Virus record (IMG/VR): IMGVR_UViG_3300035208_003871
Reading direction: 5' to 3' (one strand)
From: a virus
Lineage: Duplodnaviria > Heunggongvirae > Uroviricota > Caudoviricetes
Length of the DNA stretch: 29,567 nucleotides
Position numbers and translations under genes: made by a program
Shown here: in pieces, positions 7,568 through 14,400 of the stretch
Layout of the letters: each line of letters begins with the position of its first letter
How positions within the stretch are numbered: position 1 is the stretch's first letter
The notes under the pieces: model-generated
Seen by the model: only the letters and a program-made list of their open reading frames with translations
Told to the model about the DNA's origin: nothing
The model's database searches: none

Positions 7568-8332
7568 TTAATTACCCTGATAAACTGTTACTTTTTGATA
7601 GAATTGGTGCGGAACGGTGAAGATGTGATAATCCCATTTATAATTAGAGCCGTCGATATCTATGACCACCCATCCGTTATCTGGCATTTCCTGCGAGTGC
7701 TGGTTCATAAAATGATCGAGTCCTTTCCAACATGGTGTGTTAATCGTCATATCGTTTGCATCTCCAGAAAAGTTAAATTTATGAGTATGCGATCTTACGT
7801 AGATGTCAACATTGACACCCTGCGACTTCATAACCATTGCCTCCTTTCGTTGCGCGGTGCATCGAGCGTATGGAGTAGAAGAATAATTAATTTTATGTCG
7901 TAGGTGCAGTGTTAAATCTTCAATTCTAATAAACTGGTGATCTCCAAGCCATATACCATTAATGAGACTGCAAACTATTTCATCTCCGGATGTTTGTCCG
8001 GTATGATATCTTGATCCCTCGGTAACATAGAATGTGTCAGCATCTATCATGTTCAGGAGTTGTGCCGCTGTTAACGCCTGCGCGTGAACATCGGTTGATA
8101 TTACACCTTTGCCGCGATCTGCAACATTTTCCCCCTCAACGATGTCTCCATTCACCATGCAGATATCTACGTGCCCAACTGAACTACGCATCATGCACCA
8201 TTTTTCAAACAGGAACATTTGTACATCATTTGCATGATACTTTAAGTTATGCGCCGGATCTATAATTTCCGGTAATGTTAACCCCACATTCGAAAAGACA
8301 TGTAAATCTGATAGTAGCAGAATTCGCGTCAT
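7568..8332 (-). CDS. phage-type calcineurin-like metallophosphoesterase
   Basis: ILLLSDLH, VNGDIVEG, EGSRYH, RHK and RSHTH metal-binding motifs. Start set at MTRILL (8332), just after the upstream stop. Confidence 0.85.
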   Translation of the reverse strand: MTRILLLSDLHVFSNVGLTLPEIIDPAHNLKYHANDVQMFLFEKWCMMRSSVGHVDICMVNGDIVEGENVADRGKGVISTDVHAQALTAAQLLNMIDADTFYVTEGSRYHTGQTSGDEIVCSLINGIWLGDHQFIRIEDLTLHLRHKINYSSTPYARCTAQRKEAMVMKSQGVNVDIYVRSHTHKFNFSGDANDMTINTPCWKGLDHFMNQHSQEMPDNGWVVIDIDGSNYKWDYHIFTVPHQFYQKVTVYQGN

Positions 8333-8334
8333 AA

Positions 8335-8715
8335 TTATGGAGTAAACTCCATATCTGGTTTTGTGAGGGGAATTACTCTTACCCACTGTTCATCGTAACG
8401 TGGATATGTTCTGTTTAAAGTTGAATTTGTTCGTTTTAGTGATACTACATACATTCCATGAGTTCCGAAGTCACCTTCTGCAATGTCATACTGAATCCAT
8501 CCTTCACTTTCATCAATAATAATGCAGTCTCCGGTTGCTACTTCTACGGATTTGAAACTGCCATCTGTCTGCTGTACTTGGTGATGTAAATAAAACGTAA
8601 TGGTTTCATCAGTTAAATCAACGGGAAGTAATGCATCAGTAGATTCATCGTACTCTGAAATCTGATACTGAAACGGACCAAAATCACCTTCACGGACTTG
8701 TATCGTCTGTGGCAT
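8335..8715 (-). CDS. BppU-like Ig-fold virion/baseplate protein
   Basis: IQVREGD...PVDLTDETITFYL...EGWIQYDIAEGDFGTHGMY resembles BppU N-terminal domains. Confidence 0.6.
   Translation of the reverse strand: MPQTIQVREGDFGPFQYQISEYDESTDALLPVDLTDETITFYLHHQVQQTDGSFKSVEVATGDCIIIDESEGWIQYDIAEGDFGTHGMYVVSLKRTNSTLNRTYPRYDEQWVRVIPLTKPDMEFTP
8336..8353 (-). promoter_or_regulatory. perfect inverted repeat containing GGAG, directly upstream of the 8332 start
   Basis: Minus strand reads TATGGAGT TT ACTCCATA ATT ATG. Confidence 0.5.
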
Positions 8716-8840
8716 AATAATAGTTTACTGATAAACCATATATAATTTTCTAAGTTATTATAATTAACTTTTAAGCCGAAGTTCAGGAACGACGAGTAAA
8801 TTTCATAAATCGACAAACGCGCAATTAAAAGAGTGGCTTA

Positions 8841-8885
8841 ACAACAACAAAGAGAAAGGTTGTCTCTTGCTGTTGTGTTGTGAGG
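8841..8885 (-). repeat. hairpin-forming 3' intergenic element, copy 1 (terminator-like)
   Basis: Minus strand CCTCACAACA...AAGAGA-loop-TCTCTTTGTTGTTGT. Related copy at 16583-16630. Confidence 0.55.
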
Positions 8886-8915
8886 CATCATTAAGTATAT
8901 CGTTTATAGTATATA

Positions 8916-9038
8916 TTATTCTCTACCGTTTGCATTGTTGGCTCTGTTGTTTTCCATATGGGTTCCAACTTTACCTGCACCAATAGTTTTTCCACTTAAC
9001 TGCTTTGGTTTCTTCTTTGCTTTTTTCTTATCAATCAT
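8916..9038 (-). CDS. small basic protein (40 aa)
   Basis: ATG at 9038, 4 nt after the stop of the upstream micro-ORF: MIDKKKAKKKPKQLSGKTIGAGKVGTHMENNRANNANGRE. Confidence 0.55.
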   Translation of the reverse strand: MIDKKKAKKKPKQLSGKTIGAGKVGTHMENNRANNANGRE

Positions 9039-9042
9039 AAGA

Positions 9043-9114
9043 TTATTTTCCTTTTCCTTTTGGAATTGGTTTTTTGCCTTTACCAGCTGGTTTTGGTTTT
9101 CCACCACATGCCAT
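9043..9114 (-). CDS. 23-aa Lys/Gly/Pro-rich basic peptide
   Basis: Strong RBS AAGGAGTGA 5 nt before ATG. Translates to MACGGKPKPAGKGKKPIPKGKGK*. Absent from the ORF track. Confidence 0.7.
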   Translation of the reverse strand: MACGGKPKPAGKGKKPIPKGKGK

Positions 9115-9116
9115 AA

Positions 9117-9136
9117 TTATCACTCCTTGGTGATAA
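9117..9136 (-). promoter_or_regulatory. RBS-sequestering hairpin upstream of the basic peptide
   Basis: Minus strand TTATCAC CAAGGA GTGATAA TT ATG: a 7-bp perfect stem covering the RBS. Confidence 0.5.
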
Positions 9137-9168
9137 AACATAATTATATTTAACATTATATAAAATAA

Positions 9169-9501
9169 TTAGGGGACTTCATATGAATCATATATTCTGA
9201 ACCTTAGTGTTTCTCCATAAAAGTTACCGCTTGGGAACTCTGCATAAGCTTGGAGGTAATAGAACCCGTCATCATCAAGATCTCCGGTAGCAGTTGTATA
9301 TTCTATCATCCCACTTATTGGATCGCCATATATGGCAGCACTCCATATAGCAGATTTATTTGAAGGTTTCTTAACTAAGAATGATACTATGGAGTCAGTG
9401 AGATCTGCGTCGGTGGGTATACGAAATAAAATTCCTACTGAATGTTTATATATCCTACTGCTGGTGGAAAAAGTTTTACATATTTTAGAGGTTGTATTCA
9501 T
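9169..9501 (-). CDS. BppU-like Ig-fold virion protein (likely distant paralog of 8335..8715)
   Basis: DADLTDSIVSFLVKKPS...GMIEYTTATGDLDDDGFYYLQAYAEF, the same D-L-T...G-x-I-x-Y...GD...G-x-Y pattern. Confidence 0.6.
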   Translation of the reverse strand: MNTTSKICKTFSTSSRIYKHSVGILFRIPTDADLTDSIVSFLVKKPSNKSAIWSAAIYGDPISGMIEYTTATGDLDDDGFYYLQAYAEFPSGNFYGETLRFRIYDSYEVP

Positions 9502-9522
9502 GTCATTTTATAGAAGTTTTCA

Positions 9523-9534
9523 ATATAAAAAGAG
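9523..9534 (-). promoter_or_regulatory. CTCTTTTTATAT motif; putative TATA box of a leaderless gene
   Basis: Ends 22 nt upstream of the 9501 ATG, which has no RBS. Repeated at 16539 and 22917. Confidence 0.5.
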
Positions 9535-9569
9535 AATGATGTTCGGGCCACACTTCGGCTTAACATTAA

Positions 9570-9578
9570 TTATAAATA
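9570..9578 (+). promoter_or_regulatory. archaeal TATA box (TTATAAATA)
   Basis: About 24 nt upstream of the 9602 ATG, the expected archaeal spacing. Confidence 0.55.
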
Positions 9579-9601
9579 CTTTGACCGCCTAAATAGGTAA
9601 C

Positions 9602-9988
9602 ATGCAAAAAACAACGGCATTATTAGTAATGCTAACCATTGCAATTATGGTTCAGAGTGCATCAGCTTTGTATGCTCCATGTTCTACCTGTGGATCACCA
9701 AATGCAACTCCTGCTCCAACCTTCACTCAAGTTGGAATCGATTTCACAATTAGTAGTGCATCTATTCGACTTGGAGAATCAGTCACACTTTCAGCATACC
9801 CAACAAACAGCATATTGTTATTTCCTCAGTACACATGGCAAACGAATGGTAATATAGCATGGAATGGACAAGTAACAGTATTTAAACCAACTAAAAAAGG
9901 AAAGTATGGATTCATGGTAACAATGATTGATCCATTAACATTACAAAGTGGTCAGATAAAAAAATTGAATGTGTTAACAGTTCGTTAA
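9602..9988 (+). CDS. secreted PKD-like domain protein with signal peptide and CxxC
   Basis: KK + hydrophobic core + SASA cleavage-like site, then PCSTCG, then DFTISS...GESVTL...YTW...GKYGFMVT...KKLNVLTV (PKD-like). Confidence 0.75.
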   Translation: MQKTTALLVMLTIAIMVQSASALYAPCSTCGSPNATPAPTFTQVGIDFTISSASIRLGESVTLSAYPTNSILLFPQYTWQTNGNIAWNGQVTVFKPTKKGKYGFMVTMIDPLTLQSGQIKKLNVLTVR

Positions 9989-9989
9989 T

Positions 9990-10003
9990 CTCTCTTTTTA
10001 TAA
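9990..10003 (+). terminator. pyrimidine/oligo-T tract right after the 9988 stop
   Basis: CTCTCTTTTTATAA directly follows the stop codon. Archaeal intrinsic terminators are oligo-T tracts. Confidence 0.4.
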
Positions 10004-10055
10004 TTTCTAATAGATATAAGTCTCCGCCACTTTATAAATTATATCATAGATAGTA

Positions 10056-10760
10056 TTAATAAATATATGTTTCGTTATAAAGACTTCCAATCTGATCCAC
10101 TGACAATGCTTTCTTGAAAATCATCAGGTCTTTGATATTACCGTCTGCATAATATTGAGCCCCTGCACTATTGTATCCAATTTTCAATGTTCCTGAAATG
10201 TTTGAAAATGTTCCTGTATAGGTTACTGATGTTTTATATACATTATTTACTCGCATCTCAATATATGTTCCATTTCTTGTAATAGATATAAAATACCAAG
10301 TTTCAGCAGTATAACTCGATATATCTCCTGATTTCATCAAATCGAAAACCCATGATCCCGATTGTTTCCATGCAAACTCCGTTCCAGAAGCCACATTGAT
10401 AGCAATAAAGAACCCAATATTATTATTATCTTGGTATTGCTCAAGAATCGAGTGTTGATGTGCAAAAGTATGAAAATTAAACCACGTAAGAAATGTAAAG
10501 TTTCCTGCACCTATATTCCACACTTCATGATCAGCAATCGTGATATAATTTGTAGACCCGTCAAACACCAAACAATTTTGTCCATTCTTCAACTTCTGCG
10601 TTGTAAATGTTCCAGTAGGAGTTACCGTGACCCCATCAGGTAAAATCATAAATCCTTGTTTATTACCATCATCGTCATATGTCCCAGATGTTACAACAGA
10701 ACCCGGAAACCACAGTTCGCAATTATTTTGCTTTAAAGTTTCAATATTAACGATTGACAT
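10056..10760 (-). CDS. LamG/concanavalin A-like domain virion protein 1
   Basis: FDGSTNYI...NFTFLTW...WYFISITRNG...LKIG...GNIKDLMIFKKALS LamG pattern. Confidence 0.85.
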   Translation of the reverse strand: MSIVNIETLKQNNCELWFPGSVVTSGTYDDDGNKQGFMILPDGVTVTPTGTFTTQKLKNGQNCLVFDGSTNYITIADHEVWNIGAGNFTFLTWFNFHTFAHQHSILEQYQDNNNIGFFIAINVASGTEFAWKQSGSWVFDLMKSGDISSYTAETWYFISITRNGTYIEMRVNNVYKTSVTYTGTFSNISGTLKIGYNSAGAQYYADGNIKDLMIFKKALSVDQIGSLYNETYIY

Positions 10761-11491
10761 TATTCGATCCCCCTTACACCCTGATACAACGGCAAAAGCC
10801 CACTACCGGTTGTAGGATGGGTTAGTCGCATGATCGTGGTGAGTTCTGGTAATGTGAGCGCTCTACCTTTGTAGATGAGCAGATCCTTGGTATTACCATT
10901 AAAATAATACATGTTTTGTGCTTTAGCGATTGATAGCGCATTAGAATTGTCGTATATTGCTGATGTAGATGAAAATGATGTTGTAACGGTTCCATTTTTA
11001 TAAGTTGTGAACGTATTCCCACTTCGAATTAATGCAAAATGTGCCCACGTATTTAAAGTAAAACTCCCCATAGTCACCCCATTTGCAATTCCATATGATG
11101 ATCCGTCGGCAGATATATAACATCCAAGTGATAGTTCTGCTGATGGATATCCAATCAGATATGGCGAATATAACGTGGTTGAATCTCTCGATAAAATTGT
11201 TTCTCCCAGAGAAGTTGTAGAACGACGATCCCACCAACAAACTGTAAAATCCCCACTACCAAAATCCCACGCTGCATTATCACTAACTTCAATATAATTC
11301 GTAGACCCATCAAACGTTTTTAATATCTTATTCGTGCCCAAATCTAATGGATTACTCCAAGTTCCAGCAGGTGTTACTGTTACCCCAGATGGAATGATAG
11401 GAAACCCTAAATTGGTCTCCGATACACCCGTGAAATGCAAAACGCAGCCCGTAAAAAGTTCAGAATACGATGTATAGAATCCTAATGTCAT
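10760..11491 (-). CDS. LamG/concanavalin A-like domain virion protein 2
   Basis: FDGSTNYI...DFTVCWW...WAHFALIRSG...YFNGNTKDLLIYKGRALT. TAATG coupling. Confidence 0.85.
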   Translation of the reverse strand: MTLGFYTSYSELFTGCVLHFTGVSETNLGFPIIPSGVTVTPAGTWSNPLDLGTNKILKTFDGSTNYIEVSDNAAWDFGSGDFTVCWWDRRSTTSLGETILSRDSTTLYSPYLIGYPSAELSLGCYISADGSSYGIANGVTMGSFTLNTWAHFALIRSGNTFTTYKNGTVTTSFSSTSAIYDNSNALSIAKAQNMYYFNGNTKDLLIYKGRALTLPELTTIMRLTHPTTGSGLLPLYQGVRGIE

Positions 11492-12234
11492 GAGATCACC
11501 TTATAATAATCATATGGCCCTGCAATCATACCAGTGCCTGTGATTGGATGAGTTCGTGCCATAACAAGTTTTATTTCCGGAACTGTCAATGCTCTGCCTT
11601 TGTAAACTAACAAATCTTTTAGATATCCAGCATGATAATGTGGAGTCGCTGTATTTACTCTTCCAATTTCAAGTGTGCCAGCAAGATTTGTAATTGACCC
11701 AAATGCAGTTCCAACCGTTGGAGTCACAGATACAGCATCAACATACATTAAACATGACGTTCCAGATCTTTCAACAACAATATGGTACCACGTATCAAAA
11801 TCACAAGACATAGAATCATAATGATAGTAACAATTTGCACCATCTGAAACTAAAGTAATGTTTTTTATATATGCACCATAATGTAGCATTCGAATTCCCC
11901 AAGACGATCCATCTGGACCTGTGATTTGTGAAAATATTGTATCATTCGCCTCATCACCCCAAAATCTTACCCAGAAACAAATCGTGAAATCCGCTCCAAG
12001 TATTGTCCATGCATCATTATCAGATAACGAAATGAAATTTGTTGAGTTGTCAAACTTTTTTACACTTTTATTGTTACCAAGATCTAATGGATTACTCCAT
12101 GTTCCAGCAGGCGTAACAGTTACTCCAGATGGTATAATAGGAAACCCATTTATTGTCTCGTCAGTGCCTGTCCAGTGCAATACACATTTATCAAATAATG
12201 AGGGGAATTGAGCAGCACCATAACTATTACCCAT
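11488..12234 (-). CDS. LamG/concanavalin A-like domain virion protein 3
   Basis: DFTICFWV...WYHIVVERSG...LEIG...GYLKDLLVYKGRALT. ATGA coupling. Confidence 0.85.
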   Translation of the reverse strand: MGNSYGAAQFPSLFDKCVLHWTGTDETINGFPIIPSGVTVTPAGTWSNPLDLGNNKSVKKFDNSTNFISLSDNDAWTILGADFTICFWVRFWGDEANDTIFSQITGPDGSSWGIRMLHYGAYIKNITLVSDGANCYYHYDSMSCDFDTWYHIVVERSGTSCLMYVDAVSVTPTVGTAFGSITNLAGTLEIGRVNTATPHYHAGYLKDLLVYKGRALTVPEIKLVMARTHPITGTGMIAGPYDYYKVIS

Positions 12235-12244
12235 GATTTCACAC

Positions 12245-13309
12245 CTACGTGAAGTTCACCTTAATTTGCACTAATAATCCAGCACTTCCATCATCGGCCT
12301 GATTTACTCGACACCAAATCACGTCACCTGCTGCAACCGTTACTGTTCCATCTAAAGTTCCAGCAGCCTGATACACTCCATTCGTAGCACTAGTTGAATC
12401 ACTAATTTGCATTGGAGTATCACTGGTAAACACACTATCAGTTTCAAGTAATCCATTCTTCATTACTTGAACTTTACAATAAGTTGTTGACGCAGAAGGT
12501 GCTGATTCAAGTGACATAATCACAGTTGCAAAGGTACCAGCAGCAGGTACAACCCAATGTAAGAAAGTTGTTTCAAATACCACTCCTTCAATTGACCATT
12601 GTTTAAGAAACGCACTTGCACCGGTTACGGATATTGCACCAAATCCATAAGTTGTGGCACTTAACGCCTGTAATACATGACCCGTAGTAAGTCCCGTAAC
12701 AGGATGATTTGTCGTATCCACCAAATTATGAATTGTGGGTGCTAGTCCAGTAATCAGGTTTGCTCTGGTCATTTTCCTATTTGCCGTTACTGATGTATCA
12801 TAAATTGGAATCAAATCGTCATCTGCTATACTGGTTTCAGCAGTCAATCCTGTAATATCAAGACCACTTATACCGGTAAGTGCCGAACCATCAACTGCTG
12901 GAAGTTTTGCATCCCCATCCAATTGAACAAGATTACTTGCTGCTGTCCCTACTGTAAGACCATCTTTCAATGTTTTTGTAACACTATCCCATTGAGGAAC
13001 TTTATTCTCTGTAGTAGTTACTGGTCCAATTACATCACCACTCGTAACTGTGGCAAATTCTAATCCATCATATGTGGCATTTACTACAACTGCCTTTCCA
13101 ATATCGTCTACTGTATATGAAGCAGGTGCATCAGTTAAATCAGTAAATGCTGCAGATCCACTCGTAATAGTTGCAAATTCAAGAGCATCACCAGCACTAT
13201 TCATCCTTACAACTTGCGAGGGAAATCCATAAGCATCCGGAGCATCAGTTAACTCAATAAAAGTGGAAATACCACCAGAATACTGATTTCCATTAATATA
13301 TGTCGTCAT
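12245..13309 (-). CDS. tail fibre / receptor-binding protein
   Basis: Repeated F.(E/D)LTDAP..Y...G.(A/G)LEFAT, LVQLDGDAKLPAVDGSALT and a beta-sandwich-like C-terminal head. Confidence 0.75.
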   Translation of the reverse strand: MTTYINGNQYSGGISTFIELTDAPDAYGFPSQVVRMNSAGDALEFATITSGSAAFTDLTDAPASYTVDDIGKAVVVNATYDGLEFATVTSGDVIGPVTTTENKVPQWDSVTKTLKDGLTVGTAASNLVQLDGDAKLPAVDGSALTGISGLDITGLTAETSIADDDLIPIYDTSVTANRKMTRANLITGLAPTIHNLVDTTNHPVTGLTTGHVLQALSATTYGFGAISVTGASAFLKQWSIEGVVFETTFLHWVVPAAGTFATVIMSLESAPSASTTYCKVQVMKNGLLETDSVFTSDTPMQISDSTSATNGVYQAAGTLDGTVTVAAGDVIWCRVNQADDGSAGLLVQIKVNFT

Positions 13310-14400
13310 GGTGCCACCTCATATACAACAGTAAATTCCACATAATCATTAGTTCTCCAAGCAGATTGTGGAGATGGGGCACCTGAATTAATACCAATGT
13401 ATGGCCTCAAATAATACACCGAACTTGAACCCTGTATTACTGCGGCTAATAGTAATGGAGTAGCATTACTACCTGATAAAGTGCATTGTAATTTTACATA
13501 ATACGTTCCCGCACAAGATAATATTCCATCACTTGTAATTACATTTAAACATGCAATTGGTAGAGTAATATAAAGAGCACCAGATGGTAATGCAGAAGAT
13601 CCTGCAACATATGTAAATTTGGCTCTTGCATATACTACATTTCCAATTCTACAGTAAGATCCGGTTAACGTCCCAGTACCAACTGTTATATTTGTAGTTG
13701 GAGTATATGGTATCCAAGTGCCACCTGATATATATGTTGATGTATCAAGTGTCCATGTGTCGGTTGCTGTTTTCTTTAGTAAACCACTGGTTCCTGCAAT
13801 TCCCGCAATTGCCGTCAAATCGGTATCTGCTGGTTGGTACACACCCGTATGATTGTGTGATGATCCTGCAGCATCGGTGATACCATATCCGGCCAGTGTA
13901 GTTGGATTTGTACCAGCAGTAACTTGACCCTTTGAATTCACCGTTACTGATTTATAAGTTCCTGTAGCAGCAACTGTTGGTAACGTAGCACTAATTGTTA
14001 CATTAGCAGTCCCGTCAAATCCCGCTGTTCCTGATATATCACCACTCAGTACAATGTTACGTGATGTTTCAAGTTTTGCTGCTGTTTCTGCGTTACCATC
14101 CAGTACACCAACAAACGTACTTGCTGTCACATTTCCTGAATCATCAATTGTCACTAGAGAATTTTTAATTAATTTACCAGTAGCAGCATCAAATCTTGGA
14201 ACTGCATTATTAGTAGCACTGCTCGGCCCAATTACATCACCGGCGCCTGCTTCTCCAATTGGCGTCAAATCCACAAAAGGAGTAGATCCATCCCCAATTT
14301 TCAAATTATTCAATACTTCGTCATATCCCGGTTCTCCTCGTTCAAGAACATGAGTTGAACTTGAATTAGAAGTAGTTGGGAATTTTATTCCCCATGTCAT
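13306..14400 (-). CDS. tail fibre protein with degenerate Mtd_N-like N-terminus
   Basis: GEPGY...LKIGDGST N-terminus, GDVIGPSSATNNAVPRFD, GTYKSVTVNSKGQVTAGTNPTTLAGYGITDA fibre repeats and a GSYCRIGNVVY-type tip. Confidence 0.8.
   Translation of the reverse strand: MTWGIKFPTTSNSSSTHVLERGEPGYDEVLNNLKIGDGSTPFVDLTPIGEAGAGDVIGPSSATNNAVPRFDAATGKLIKNSLVTIDDSGNVTASTFVGVLDGNAETAAKLETSRNIVLSGDISGTAGFDGTANVTISATLPTVAATGTYKSVTVNSKGQVTAGTNPTTLAGYGITDAAGSSHNHTGVYQPADTDLTAIAGIAGTSGLLKKTATDTWTLDTSTYISGGTWIPYTPTTNITVGTGTLTGSYCRIGNVVYARAKFTYVAGSSALPSGALYITLPIACLNVITSDGILSCAGTYYVKLQCTLSGSNATPLLLAAVIQGSSSVYYLRPYIGINSGAPSPQSAWRTNDYVEFTVVYEVAP

Noticed and set aside
7562-8265. Plus-strand ORFs 7562..7903 and 8032..8265
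   Set aside because: Antisense shadows of the metallophosphoesterase with no motifs or RBS.
8333-8386. 18-aa N-terminal extension of the phosphoesterase
   Set aside because: It overlaps the upstream gene. The catalytic DLH strand begins right after the ATG at 8332.
8613-8816. 67-aa minus-strand ORF
   Set aside because: TTG start without an RBS, half of it overlapping the BppU-like gene, and the rest AT-rich intergenic sequence.
8716-8915. Possible tRNA or known ncRNA in the larger intergenic gaps (also 16502-16667 and 22892-23012)
   Set aside because: No cloverleaf, T-loop GTTCRA in the right context or CCA end. Only the hairpin elements reported above are supported.
9039-9107. GTG-started 63-aa version of the basic protein
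   Set aside because: The strong RBS is spaced for the ATG at 9114 in another frame. Two small ORFs explain the region better.
11342-12147. Invertible or shufflon-type switching between LamG genes
   Set aside because: The repeats are direct, not inverted, differ at silent sites, and no recombinase gene is present.
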